From positions 1-41,990 of IMG/VR virus record IMGVR_UViG_3300030095_005053: 41,990 nucleotides of DNA, one strand, 5' to 3'. The notes below the pieces were generated by a model. The model made no database searches and had not been told where the DNA came from. It was given only the letters and a program-made list of their open reading frames with translations. A program made the position numbers and the translations under genes. This DNA is from a virus (Duplodnaviria; Caudoviricetes). Shown here piece by piece: positions 1-9,396 of this stretch; within the stretch, counting starts at the first letter, position 1, and the number at the start of each line of letters is the position of its first letter.

Positions 1-98
1 TGCGATATTGTCATTGCCCACGAAAAACGCCCCATTGCGCATTTCGGTCAAAAGGCCAAACGCTTTCAGCCCCGTTTCAATCGCGCCGCCGGAAATCG
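1..98. repeat. Terminal overlap, identical to 41891-41988 (circular assembly; unit length ~41890 bp)
   Basis: tgcgatattg...ggaaatcg occurs at both ends; the last two window bases diverge. Confidence 0.95.
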
Positions 99-732
99 GC
101 AACAGAAACTCAGACGTGTTCGCACTGCCGGATTGATACCAGCGCTCTATGCTGCGTTCCCCGAATATCCAGTATTGCGGGCCAATCGCCAGACCCCGGA
201 TGATCAAGTCATCCTCATTTTCCGCCGTGGCAAAATCCAACGCATCAAATGTCGTGCTGTCCGCTACGTCAGACCAGCCAAACCGCCGCCCGTCTTTTTC
301 GGTGATAATGGTTCTCTGCCCCAAGAACGACACAGACCCCACGTCGCTAAAAGCGCCCGTGGTCGGCGTGGTCACAACCCCGCCGCTATCAATGTTGTAA
401 TACTCGCCGCCTGCCGAAACCGTAATAGCGCCGTTGTTCCCGTCAATCGTCGTATCAACCGCGTCGTTAACCGTCGCCAGTTCCGCCGTCCCGGCCCCAG
501 AGGTGATGCTGTAGACCTTGCCCCCTACAACGGCATAAAGCACGCCCCCGACCTCAGCCAAGGCGCGCAGGAATACCCCTGTGAAGCTGGCAAACGTCGT
601 CATGCCAAGAACGGACTTGACGGTATAGCCATCGCCATGCCGCTCGCGATACATATTGAGCAACCGCGACGTATTCGCCTGCGCGTTGTCATCATCTCGC
701 AGAGACTGACCTATCCACTCGACCACGGCCAT
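1..732 (-). CDS. P22 gp10-like tail hub / packaged-DNA stabilization protein, 5' part (continues 41890-41264; ~452 aa total)
   Basis: ATG at 732 overlaps upstream TAA (TAATG); MAVVEWIGQS...; 244 codons to base 1, in frame with the 41264 ORF across the overlap; follows adaptor gene. Confidence 0.8.
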   Translation of the reverse strand, partial: MAVVEWIGQSLRDDDNAQANTSRLLNMYRERHGDGYTVKSVLGMTTFASFTGVFLRALAEVGGVLYAVVGGKVYSITSGAGTAELATVNDAVDTTIDGNNGAITVSAGGEYYNIDSGGVVTTPTTGAFSDVGSVSFLGQRTIITEKDGRRFGWSDVADSTTFDALDFATAENEDDLIIRGLAIGPQYWIFGERSIERWYQSGSANTSEFLLPISGGAIETGLKAFGLLTEMRNGAFFVGNDNIA

Positions 733-1385
733 TAGTGCGCGTTTTCCCCTGCAAAGAAAATGGATTGCTCACGATCAAACGCCAGCGCCTCATCCTCCAG
801 CTTCATAGCCATCTGCGCAATTCGGTTATTCTGAACCCCGTATTCATCCATCAGCCGCAAGGCGAGATTATACACCAGCGCGTCATACCATTCCGCCGGA
901 ACGTCAACGGCGTCGGTCAATTCAATATCCTCGACCTCGCGGATATACGTGACCACCAAGGATTGCCCCGATGCCGCCGCCAAGACAGGCCAGACATACA
1001 GCTTAGCAGCCTCGCGCTGCCGGTCATAATACCACGTTGTCGGGACGCCCTGCGTCGTCTTGATGGGCAGGCTGTCGTATTCCTCGCGCGTCAGCCGCGT
1101 CATGGGTGTTTCAATGTTGCTTTGCTTGAAATTGACCTGATCAATCCGCATCGGGCGAATAGGGTCAAGCGTGTAGCTTGCCGCCGTGGTCAGCGTCACT
1201 GTCTGCCAAGATTTCAGCCATACGTCCAAATCACGGTTTTGCCATGATTTCAGCAACCGGAACAAAGCCCGCTTGGCCGTGTCAATGTCGAATGCCGTTG
1301 CATCCTCGTCAACCGCCGTCACGCCGATCTTTCGCAGCGCGTCCTCGCAAATCTCGTTGTTGGTGTAGGTCTGCGTAACTGCCAT
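732..1385 (-). CDS. Head-tail adaptor (P22 gp4-like)
   Basis: ICEDALRKIGV...PAEWYDALVYNLALRL pattern; position between head genes and gp10-like gene. Confidence 0.75.
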   Translation of the reverse strand: MAVTQTYTNNEICEDALRKIGVTAVDEDATAFDIDTAKRALFRLLKSWQNRDLDVWLKSWQTVTLTTAASYTLDPIRPMRIDQVNFKQSNIETPMTRLTREEYDSLPIKTTQGVPTTWYYDRQREAAKLYVWPVLAAASGQSLVVTYIREVEDIELTDAVDVPAEWYDALVYNLALRLMDEYGVQNNRIAQMAMKLEDEALAFDREQSIFFAGENAH

Positions 1386-2563
1386 CAGTCGTATCCTAGA
1401 TAATTGCGAAGTGCTCTTTCTTCGCGTTCTGCGTTTGATTGCATTGTCATAACTCCAGCGGCACCTATTCCTGCGGAGATGTTGCGCAAGTGCGCTAGGC
1501 GCGGGTCAAAGCGGGCGAAGCGGGAACGGATGTTGGCGGGGTCTGGAATTACTGTGGAAAACCCGGAAAATTCCTCGTCAGGCAAGCGAAATGTTTGCCC
1601 TGATGCTTCACCACTCATAATTCTTTCATTCAAATCATCCAGAGATGATGCTTCATCGGCGTAACCTTTTTGCAAAATAGGCATATCAATGTCGCGATAT
1701 AACTCTTTTGCTAAAGGCCGGTCGCTCGCCCAATGCCCATATTCTGCAAGATTTTTTGCAAAAGAACCATCATCATAGTTGGTTACATTTTGACGAGTTG
1801 CGGAACCTAAGCGGTCATTATTAAATGACTTGAAATCTGCGTCTGTTGCGTGGAAGGTGGTTTCGTCGCCGTAAGGCGTGGATCGAAACGCACTTGATTC
1901 TGTGCTTGGGCTTGTCCCTACCCCCTGCCGTAAATCGGTAGGGGGTTCAATTCCAAACCCCATTTTCCCCGCCCGCGCCATCCGCGACGCTTCATCCATC
2001 GGCAGGTCGTAGTTGTCATACAGATACATGTCGTCAGCCGCCGCCATCATGTCGTCTGTGACCTCGGACGCGCGCCCTGATTTCAGCATGTCTAGCACTT
2101 CTTGCGCCTTGGCTTGGGATGGTGTCAATTCCACGCCGCGTCCAAGCGGAACCGAGCCGCTTTCATCCGCTGCAAACCGCCCTGCATCATCGGCAAAGCT
2201 GCGGTAAGCATCCCCCAGAACATCAACCCCGTCATCCATCATGCGCGCGCCGACAAACGGGATAGCAAGCGCACCAGCAGCAGCCGCCAGTTCCGCCGCA
2301 TTGCCCACTGACGGGCTATTCCAGAAACCTCGTGACGCATCCGCCGCTGCGATCATGTCCCCTGCATCCGTGTAATTCAGCACCTCGCCTAACCCGCTCA
2401 GCTTGTCAGGGATGCCAGTAGGACCGAGATAGTAACCAAGCGCGTCATTTGCAGACGCTAGATTTTCATCAAGCCATGCGCGACGATCCTGCCCGGCTTC
2501 ATCCGAGAAGAACCGTTTGATCTTAAACGCAAGAGCATTATCAACCATCATCGGACCCCTCAT
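1385..2563 (-). CDS. Polyvalent-protein-like product with a divergent ADP-ribosyltransferase-like (ART-PolyVal) C-terminal region
   Basis: MDEASRMARAGKMGF...FHATDADFKSF...DPANIRSRFARFDP resembles ART-PolyVal boundaries; start may be an internal Met. Confidence 0.5.
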   Translation of the reverse strand: MRGPMMVDNALAFKIKRFFSDEAGQDRRAWLDENLASANDALGYYLGPTGIPDKLSGLGEVLNYTDAGDMIAAADASRGFWNSPSVGNAAELAAAAGALAIPFVGARMMDDGVDVLGDAYRSFADDAGRFAADESGSVPLGRGVELTPSQAKAQEVLDMLKSGRASEVTDDMMAAADDMYLYDNYDLPMDEASRMARAGKMGFGIEPPTDLRQGVGTSPSTESSAFRSTPYGDETTFHATDADFKSFNNDRLGSATRQNVTNYDDGSFAKNLAEYGHWASDRPLAKELYRDIDMPILQKGYADEASSLDDLNERIMSGEASGQTFRLPDEEFSGFSTVIPDPANIRSRFARFDPRLAHLRNISAGIGAAGVMTMQSNAEREERALRNYLGYD

Positions 2564-2837
2564 TGCCCGTCACGTCGCCACTGAATTCCGTCCCGCCGTC
2601 CGGCATGATAAACGTGGGCGTAGGCTCTGGACGCGTCCATTCCGGCTTCTGCCGATCTGCCTGCCCCCGCACAAAGTCTTGCTGGTGGCGCGGCTCCCAG
2701 CAGCCGTTTGTCCCGCTGCCGTGACATGTGCGCAGACCGTTCCATTCCTTGCGGAGATGCTTGGCCTTGTATTTAAAGCCGCACCTATCACAAATTACAT
2801 TGTGCTGGCCGTGCTCGTATGTATCAGCGATACCCAT
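2541..2837 (-). CDS. Small Cys-motif protein of the head module
   Basis: NVICDRCGFKYK...EWNGLRTC...CWEPRHQQDFVRG. Confidence 0.7.
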   Translation of the reverse strand: MGIADTYEHGQHNVICDRCGFKYKAKHLRKEWNGLRTCHGSGTNGCWEPRHQQDFVRGQADRQKPEWTRPEPTPTFIMPDGGTEFSGDVTGNEGSDDG

Positions 2838-2850
2838 AGCGACCCCCGCG

Positions 2851-2876
2851 AAAGGTCAGGGCGACCGAAGCCGCCC
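2851..2876 (-). terminator. Hairpin GGGCGGC-UUCG-GUCGCCC, weak terminator or processing stem
   Basis: cUUCGg tetraloop stem right after the 2882 stop; poor U-tract. Confidence 0.45.
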
Positions 2877-2881
2877 CGCCG

Positions 2882-3133
2882 TTAGCTTGCTGTGATCTGA
2901 GCCGCTTGCAGCGCAGCGTTCAACTCAGTCACCTTGTCAGACAGTGATGCGATAGCGTTCTTGACCGCCACCATATCCGCCTGAGCATATGCGGCCCCTG
3001 CGGCGATAGCCGCAAGAGTATCCGTGCCCGTGCCGCCGGTGTTGTCCGTCAGGTCAACAATCGCCGTGGGCTGCGCGCCTGTCGAGTTCAAGAGCGGGCC
3101 GCGAATGCCGTTTGGAAAGTTTGTCGGTTTCAT
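2882..3133 (-). CDS. Putative head decoration / head fiber protein
   Basis: 83 aa, Ala/Thr-rich with C-terminal coiled coil, just after major capsid gene. Confidence 0.55.
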   Translation of the reverse strand: MKPTNFPNGIRGPLLNSTGAQPTAIVDLTDNTGGTGTDTLAAIAAGAAYAQADMVAVKNAIASLSDKVTELNAALQAAQITAS

Positions 3134-3157
3134 TGGATCACTCCGTTGAAAGGTTGA

Positions 3158-3187
3158 AACCCCGCCTCACAAAAGCAAGGCGGGATT
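3158..3187 (-). terminator. Hairpin downstream of major capsid gene
   Basis: AAUCCCGCCUUGC-UUUU-GUGAGGCGGGGUU. Confidence 0.5.
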
Positions 3188-3209
3188 AAGGTTCACATGG
3201 ACAAGGCCG

Positions 3210-4124
3210 TTAAGCCGCGCCCTCTGACCCGTACAGGCCGCGATAATCTGTCCACCCGAACGAATACCGCTCATACCCCTTGGCTTTCGCGTTGGATGTA
3301 TCGAAGTCATTGTCGCGGGTGAACTCAAACGCGGTCCGGTTAAAGCAGCACAGGCCGTTGGGCGTGTCCGTCTTGATAAACCAAGCGTCGTCATCCGTCA
3401 GGTAGTGGTTGACCGCCACACCGTCAGGCAGAAGCCCCATGGACCGCACTGCGTTTACGGCGTTGTTTGCCGTGTCGTTTTGCAGCGTCGATTTCATGAT
3501 GCGCTCTGCCGTGAAGGCCAGTGCGGGCGGCACAATCAACTTGCGACCACGGATTGCGATTTGCAGACCACGCGAGTTTTTCGCGTTCATGATCTGGATC
3601 AACAAATCCTCCAGCGATGCCTCGGACAAGTCAGCCGGAATGGCCAATTCATTCGAGAAGTTCCCCGCCAGCGTCGGGTGATCCGTCGCCAGAAGTTCCT
3701 TGCCATCGCCGCCGGTGTAAGACGAGTTGAACGCGCGGTTAAGGATATTGGCCGCGACAATCTCTTTGGTCGTGCGGAACGAGAACGCCAATTGACGTCC
3801 CCGATTGAACGCGCGCGACTTATAGAGGTTGTCGTCCATTTCCTCGCGGGTCACGATGAAACCAAGCCCATAGGCCACATGCGTATAACGCTTTGTGAAG
3901 CCCTGAGTATGGCTATCGTAAGCCACAGAGCCGCCCTCAGTCTTGACTTGCGCCAAGCCGAAGCCGGTTGTTTCAACGTCCTCTTCGTATGCCTTGTCCG
4001 AAGACATCATGTCGAAGATTTGCGTGTGCTCTGTCGGGTGCTCAGAATATTCGCCCATGACGAATGCGTGAACACCGGGCCATAGCGCCTTCGGGTGATT
4101 ACCGGTGCTGATAGGTCCAGCCAT
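3210..4124 (-). CDS. Major capsid protein (Mu gpT-like family seen in podoviruses)
   Basis: MAGPISTGNHPKALWPGV...KLIVPPAL...ERYSFGWTDYRGLYGS; AAGGAGG RBS. Confidence 0.9.
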   Translation of the reverse strand: MAGPISTGNHPKALWPGVHAFVMGEYSEHPTEHTQIFDMMSSDKAYEEDVETTGFGLAQVKTEGGSVAYDSHTQGFTKRYTHVAYGLGFIVTREEMDDNLYKSRAFNRGRQLAFSFRTTKEIVAANILNRAFNSSYTGGDGKELLATDHPTLAGNFSNELAIPADLSEASLEDLLIQIMNAKNSRGLQIAIRGRKLIVPPALAFTAERIMKSTLQNDTANNAVNAVRSMGLLPDGVAVNHYLTDDDAWFIKTDTPNGLCCFNRTAFEFTRDNDFDTSNAKAKGYERYSFGWTDYRGLYGSEGAA

Positions 4125-4137
4125 TTGTCAGCCCTCC

Positions 4138-4719
4138 TTATGCGCCTGCGGTGCCGTCAACAAACTGGTGATTGTTCAAGCGAACAAGCCAATCTGCGTT
4201 TGCACCAATTGCGTTATCCGGGCGACGAGACAAGCGAACGATAAGAACGTCCTCAGTCCCATCGCCCGTAGCGGTTGCCGTCGAACTGTCAATCTCGATA
4301 GTCGAAAGGCCAGTGATAGCACTGCCAGCGGTAAAGCCGATCAGGTCTGCGGTGTTGCCAACGGCTGTAACCGCCAAAGCACCGCCAACGCTGTCCTCTT
4401 GGACCTCGAAAAGCAAATTCGGATCATCCGCGACATAGACATAACGCTCGGTCGAAGCCGCGCGGTAAATCGTGCTGTCACGGGTGACAAATTCAACAGA
4501 CGTAACAACGCCCACAACCGGGTTTCCGGTTGCCACGTTGCCAGTCACGGACGGGGTGCCGTCCGCGTCAGCCGATCCCGCCAACTTGACAAGACCTCCG
4601 ACGTAAATTGCGGTGCCGTCACTGGCGGGGACATAATACCGATTTGCCGCGCCAGTGTAACATGCACCGCTGAGATAAGCGACGGGGGAAAGCCCGCGCG
4701 CTGCGTCAGCATTAGCCAT
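4138..4719 (-). CDS. Capsid cement / decoration protein
   Basis: MANADAARGLSPV...YVADDPNLLFEVQ; directly upstream of MCP. Confidence 0.65.
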   Translation of the reverse strand: MANADAARGLSPVAYLSGACYTGAANRYYVPASDGTAIYVGGLVKLAGSADADGTPSVTGNVATGNPVVGVVTSVEFVTRDSTIYRAASTERYVYVADDPNLLFEVQEDSVGGALAVTAVGNTADLIGFTAGSAITGLSTIEIDSSTATATGDGTEDVLIVRLSRRPDNAIGANADWLVRLNNHQFVDGTAGA

Positions 4720-4743
4720 TGGAATAACTCCAGTTTGTTACGG

Positions 4744-5226
4744 TTATCCGCGAGACCCCTGTTCGATCCGAATGCCGTTCTCAGATGTATAGAAGTTCTC
4801 GCCTTTCGCGCCGTCGCCTGGTGTGTTGCCAGATTTCAACTGCGCTTCCATCTCATCAATGCGGCGTTGTTTGGCGCGCCGGTCCTCGTCTTGGTATTTT
4901 TTGGGCTTCCGGATCAACACCGAACGCACAGGGGCACCAGCATCCCCAATTCCTGCCAAGATGGATACTTGCGAGCCTTCGCCCGTGCTATCCGCCTTGA
5001 TATTCCCCTCACGGTCAGTAACGATTTCCCAATCGTCTTGCTGCGTGAGAACCTCTAACCGCCCCGGCTCATTATTGGCCCAGCGATATTCGAAATTATC
5101 CGTATCTAGCTTGGACATGTCAAGCGCCATGCGCCTCCGCTGCCCGGAAAGGCTCTCGGAGTTGCGGCGACGCCGCTGTTCTTGTGTCTGCTCTGCCCTG
5201 CTTTGTGTCTGATCTGCGCGGCTCAT
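4744..5226 (-). CDS. Hypothetical head-module protein
   Basis: FEYRWANNEPGRL motif; between scaffold and cement genes. Confidence 0.65.
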   Translation of the reverse strand: MSRADQTQSRAEQTQEQRRRRNSESLSGQRRRMALDMSKLDTDNFEYRWANNEPGRLEVLTQQDDWEIVTDREGNIKADSTGEGSQVSILAGIGDAGAPVRSVLIRKPKKYQDEDRRAKQRRIDEMEAQLKSGNTPGDGAKGENFYTSENGIRIEQGSRG

Positions 5227-5229
5227 GGC

Positions 5230-6090
5230 TTATCCTTCCTGATCAAAGTATGCTTTGGCGTATTCGTCAAGGCTCTTGAAATAGCCCTGGGTCACGAAAT
5301 CCTTGCCCGCCTTGATAGCCTCGGGCGGCAGTTTCGACGCGCCACCACTTGACCGGCCACCAGCCAAGCCCCCGCCGTCAACCTTCGCCGCGCGCGGCTT
5401 GGGCTGCGTCTCGAACATGTGCGGGAAATACTTGCGAACCTGCGTTTCGGCATAGGCAATCTGCTCTTTTGCGGATTTGCCTTTCATCCCCGGCGCGGTT
5501 TCAATCGCAACCCGGCCATGCTCTCGCAAGATCGGGTCATTGATCCATGCGCCCTCCGGCTTGGCGCGGTATTCCTCGACAAACGGGTCAGCCCCCGGTG
5601 CGGCGTCGTCAGTATCGGCTTCAATCGCAGGCGGTGATTTCAGAAGGTCTTGCTCTCGGCGCTCTAGCGCGTCGTAGCGGTCTGTGTCGCCTTCCTCCAC
5701 GGCCCGGCGTTGTGCGGCCCGAAGCTGCTTTAACTCATTCTCATAGGCCGACTTCTGCGTTGCAAGCGCGGCCTCCATGGCCTTGCGATTGGCCCGCTCC
5801 AGCCGCTCCATGCGCTTTTCGGTCTCAGCCTTCACTTGGCGCAACTCATCCTGCACCATCTTTTTCTGAGTGCTGGGAAGTTCAAGAAACCGCTTGGCGT
5901 CAACCCATCCAGCCGGGTCTTTGTCAAACCCCTCCTTCGGGCGCCATCCATACTTGCGCGCCTCGTTTTCCGATGCCTCGTCGCGTTGCGGCGGTGCCTC
6001 TTGCTCTAGCGCGTTGTCGTCGCTTTCGGTATCCGCAGATACGTCAAGCTCAACCTCGTCGACTTCAACTTCAATATCGTCAGCCATCAT
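5230..6090 (-). CDS. Capsid scaffolding protein
   Basis: Acidic N-terminus, ARKYGWRPKE...WVDAKRFL, long coiled coil, C-terminal helix. Confidence 0.7.
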   Translation of the reverse strand: MMADDIEVEVDEVELDVSADTESDDNALEQEAPPQRDEASENEARKYGWRPKEGFDKDPAGWVDAKRFLELPSTQKKMVQDELRQVKAETEKRMERLERANRKAMEAALATQKSAYENELKQLRAAQRRAVEEGDTDRYDALERREQDLLKSPPAIEADTDDAAPGADPFVEEYRAKPEGAWINDPILREHGRVAIETAPGMKGKSAKEQIAYAETQVRKYFPHMFETQPKPRAAKVDGGGLAGGRSSGGASKLPPEAIKAGKDFVTQGYFKSLDEYAKAYFDQEG

Positions 6091-6413
6091 TCATCCTCGA
6101 TCATTGCAACAACGTCTTTATCCTTGATGACGCGATACTCTGCACCATCAACGCCAGTGACAAACGTGCCAGAGTGCTTTGCAAAGGCAATGCGCTGCCC
6201 CGGCTTGGGCTTGTCCTTGCCTTCCGGCCATACCGCAGCATCGAAAGCCAAGTCAGACACCGCGACAATTACGCCCCGCGTCTGAGCATGTTTTTCGCGC
6301 TCCAATACTTCCTCGGGCACATAAAGCCCGCCCTTTGTTTTCGCCGAAACATCGTCCTGTTTAACCAAGACGTTGTATTCAACGGGTCTGATCCCGCTCG
6401 TGTTCTGCATCAT
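6087..6413 (-). CDS. GroES/Cpn10-like co-chaperonin
   Basis: IRPVEYNVLVK...KTKGGLYVP...RGVIVAV...EYRVIKDKDVVAMI. Confidence 0.85.
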   Translation of the reverse strand: MMQNTSGIRPVEYNVLVKQDDVSAKTKGGLYVPEEVLEREKHAQTRGVIVAVSDLAFDAAVWPEGKDKPKPGQRIAFAKHSGTFVTGVDGAEYRVIKDKDVVAMIEDE

Positions 6414-6663
6414 TTGCTCCTATTGCCTGCATCACATCGTCTAGTGAGGAACTGAAAATATCCTCGATCATCTGTTCTTGCCTCAGAAGTGCCTTGCGGT
6501 CACATTCCGGCCAAGGTTGGCCCGCCCAATACGCCTGAGAACATTGAGCCTTGGCCTGTTCCGTTAGAACCTCCAGCCCCAGCTTGATTGCCCGCGTCAC
6601 CGGGCTTTCCAGCCATCGCTCCAAGTCCTCCTCTGATAGCTGTGTCCAGTCTTGCACGGTCAT
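6379..6663 (-). CDS. Hypothetical protein overlapping portal 3' end
   Basis: Fills the gap between portal and GroES; true start uncertain. Confidence 0.55.
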   Translation of the reverse strand: MTVQDWTQLSEEDLERWLESPVTRAIKLGLEVLTEQAKAQCSQAYWAGQPWPECDRKALLRQEQMIEDIFSSSLDDVMQAIGANDAEHERDQTR

Positions 6664-8644
6664 TCTCCAATAGTTTCATCAGTGCATCCATACGCTGCTT
6701 GCGGCCATCAAGAGCAAGGCGTTGCTGGTCCGTCTTGACCCCCGCCATGATCTCCATAACCTTAGCGCGCTCGCTTTCAACCTTTGCCATGGTCAACTCA
6801 ATATTCGCCATCTTGTCAGACAAATCAGCCTGTGCCGCCTGCATCTGCATTTGCTGCATCATCTGCTGCATTGGGTCAGGCTGCGGGGCCAACTCATCCG
6901 CATTCCCGATGTTCATAGCCTCGATGATCCGGCGCGATGCCGCGCCCTTATCCGCAAGCCCCTGCTCTGCCAGCTGCATGACGATCTGCGCTTTAGCGGC
7001 TTCCTGCATCTTGGTAATGCTTCGCGGGTCTGCTACCGGCTCAATATCCATATCCATGACAGAGAAATCAGCCTTTGGATCGTGCCTGATCTGCTGCCCC
7101 TCGGGGCTGCTATCATCAAGGAAAGCGTTGTATTTCTCAGGGGTAACAGCCCGCGCATTGATCTTGGCCAAGAGGCGGTATTCGTGCTTAAGCGACCGGA
7201 ATATGCGTTTGTAAGACGCGGTGAACACCATCATCCCTTGCTCAATCAGGGCAAGCGTTGTCGTGGGTGAGGCGTTCTTTCCGACCGCCCCGCCGTCACC
7301 CGTCATCACGTCTTTGACCGATGCAATCTCACGGCCCGCCTCAATCAACATGCCTAGAAGCTGAAAGAGCGTGGCGTCAGGTCCGGGGAATGTCATAGGC
7401 ACAATCGCCTTTGTAATATCCGCCCCGCTTGCCCCTACCATTTTCCACTCACCGGGCCGCATACGCTGCGCGCCACCCTTCAATCGCAACTCCTTGCCGA
7501 TAAACCCGCCACCAACCGCCGCATAATGCCCTGCGTCAAGCATCATGTTGATGATCGTGTTCACGCTCTCGGATATGTCGCCAAGCAACAGGCCCAAGCC
7601 CGTGCCCCAGAAACCGCCGTCCATGCTCGGCAAGAAGTGGTAGGGGATGAAATAACTACCCCGGCGTATACTAACGATCCCGACTGGCGTCTGAACATCT
7701 TGCATCACAATCATGCCACCTGGCATTTGCATCGGCTGCACTTGCGATGAATATTCAAACGTCACGTCTGCCTCTTCAAAGTCCGCAACGATCCGGACAA
7801 CGGTCTTTGTCTCTTTGTGCACAGTCACGATATACGGCTCGGGGTATCCATCCTCGTCAAGATCAACCCGGCGGTGCTGTTCAATAAACATCTGCGGTGC
7901 AGTCTTGTCGCGGTTGTCGCCTTCGTCAAACTCGAATTTGGCAAACTGCCCAGACCGTATGCGCTCTTCAATCTCGTCAGGATAGAGCGGCAACTTCTCA
8001 GAGGCGCGCGGCGCGCTATCCAGCACCTTCACGCGGTCATTCACCACAAAGTTGCCCGCATCAATCACACGGCAACAGGCGCGATCCTTAACCGGGTCAT
8101 ACCAGACCTTGCGCACCATTGTCCCGACGATAGGCAACTGCACTAGCAGCTTGTCTGTCTCTTCTTCCCACTCGACAATCTCAGCCGCAAGCTGCCAAGA
8201 CATGTAGCTTGAAACGCGCTCTGCCCGCGCGGCCTTCTTGCCTTCCGGATCTGAGCCATACGTCTTGGCCTTGACGATCTGATCTGAGGGGACAATCGCC
8301 GGATATGCTCTGGCGTTGAATTGCAGCGCCGCCGATGTAACGAGCGGATACTTGATGTTCGCGGCGTTCTTAAACGGGTATTCCTTTTCCTCGCCTTTCA
8401 CCAGACGGGCTAGATCAACGCCCTTCTTCATTTTCTCCGTCCACTCGGACATGCTATCAACGTCGATGTCGTATTCGGTGATTACGTCATCGGAAATCTT
8501 GGCAAGCTGATCGTCGCTCAAATCGGCGGCTATGTTCTCAGACTGCAAGATAAAGGCAATGAATTCCTGCGGCGAAACCTCCGGCGCTTCGCCGGTCTGG
8601 CCTTCCTCGGTCACGTCGAGGTCATATGCTTCTGCGTTTTCCAT
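6500..8644 (-). CDS. Portal protein (~714 aa)
   Basis: YPFKNAANIKYPLVTSAALQFNARAYPAI; C-terminal Gln-rich coiled coil; ATG overlaps terminase TGA. Confidence 0.9.
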   Translation of the reverse strand: MENAEAYDLDVTEEGQTGEAPEVSPQEFIAFILQSENIAADLSDDQLAKISDDVITEYDIDVDSMSEWTEKMKKGVDLARLVKGEEKEYPFKNAANIKYPLVTSAALQFNARAYPAIVPSDQIVKAKTYGSDPEGKKAARAERVSSYMSWQLAAEIVEWEEETDKLLVQLPIVGTMVRKVWYDPVKDRACCRVIDAGNFVVNDRVKVLDSAPRASEKLPLYPDEIEERIRSGQFAKFEFDEGDNRDKTAPQMFIEQHRRVDLDEDGYPEPYIVTVHKETKTVVRIVADFEEADVTFEYSSQVQPMQMPGGMIVMQDVQTPVGIVSIRRGSYFIPYHFLPSMDGGFWGTGLGLLLGDISESVNTIINMMLDAGHYAAVGGGFIGKELRLKGGAQRMRPGEWKMVGASGADITKAIVPMTFPGPDATLFQLLGMLIEAGREIASVKDVMTGDGGAVGKNASPTTTLALIEQGMMVFTASYKRIFRSLKHEYRLLAKINARAVTPEKYNAFLDDSSPEGQQIRHDPKADFSVMDMDIEPVADPRSITKMQEAAKAQIVMQLAEQGLADKGAASRRIIEAMNIGNADELAPQPDPMQQMMQQMQMQAAQADLSDKMANIELTMAKVESERAKVMEIMAGVKTDQQRLALDGRKQRMDALMKLLENDRARLDTAIRGGLGAMAGKPGDAGNQAGAGGSNGTGQGSMFSGVLGGPTLAGM

Positions 8645-9396
8645 CAGTATCCAGTCGCCTCGTTCCGTGAGTGGTCCATACGTTCCTCCGCCCAATCATC
8701 CTCGTAAACGTCGGGCGGCTCTGCAATGCGCAGCATCATAACACCATACCGCGTTGCGTCCATCAAGTCATCCCGTTCCTTGACGATCAATCCATCCTTG
8801 CGGTGATACATTCTAAACTCAGCGAACCACTCCTCCAGATGCGCGAACACCTTGAACCGTTTGCCCTGCATCCGTTGCAGCATTTGCATGATGCCAGCCT
8901 CTACCCCGTTCCCGCCGTCAGGGAACGTCGCGTGCTTTGCCGCCATACGTAGCCCTAGGTCTAGGTAATCTTGCCTCAGACTGCCCCCAGATCGCTTGTC
9001 ACGTTGATATGCGTCTTGCGGCCATGACCACGGCAAATCCCCCCAAGAGCGCAGAGTGGTGTAATGCTCGACCGGCGTAGCCTCTTTGCGCCTGTAGCAG
9101 TCCATAACATAGATCACGTCTGCGTCGCGGTCCCACGCCATTCTAACCGCTGCTGTCGGGTGATCCCATCCGAAGTCCAAGCCCGCAATCTGCGCCCAAT
9201 GGCGCGGCGGTTCAAACGCTTGGCATGTTATGCTTTCCTCGGTGATAGGAAACACCCGCCCGGACCCCATCGCCGGAATTCCCTTGATGCGCGCCTCTCG
9301 CTCATGCGGCGGATAGCTTTCGATAATCTGCGCACGCTTTTCTGGCGTGAAGTGCAGCGCGTCGTCTATGCTCATTCGTGTGACAGACCGGCTCAT
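8644..9396 (-). CDS. terL: Terminase large subunit, C-terminal nuclease half (P22 gp2-like)
   Basis: AGLDFGWDHPTA and DDLMDATRYG RNase H-like motifs. Confidence 0.9.
   Translation of the reverse strand: MSRSVTRMSIDDALHFTPEKRAQIIESYPPHEREARIKGIPAMGSGRVFPITEESITCQAFEPPRHWAQIAGLDFGWDHPTAAVRMAWDRDADVIYVMDCYRRKEATPVEHYTTLRSWGDLPWSWPQDAYQRDKRSGGSLRQDYLDLGLRMAAKHATFPDGGNGVEAGIMQMLQRMQGKRFKVFAHLEEWFAEFRMYHRKDGLIVKERDDLMDATRYGVMMLRIAEPPDVYEDDWAEERMDHSRNEATGY

Noticed and set aside
133-8510. Long plus-strand ORFs opposite structural genes (e.g. 133, 3405, 4105, 5547, 6588)
   Set aside because: Antisense shadows typical of GC-rich coding DNA.
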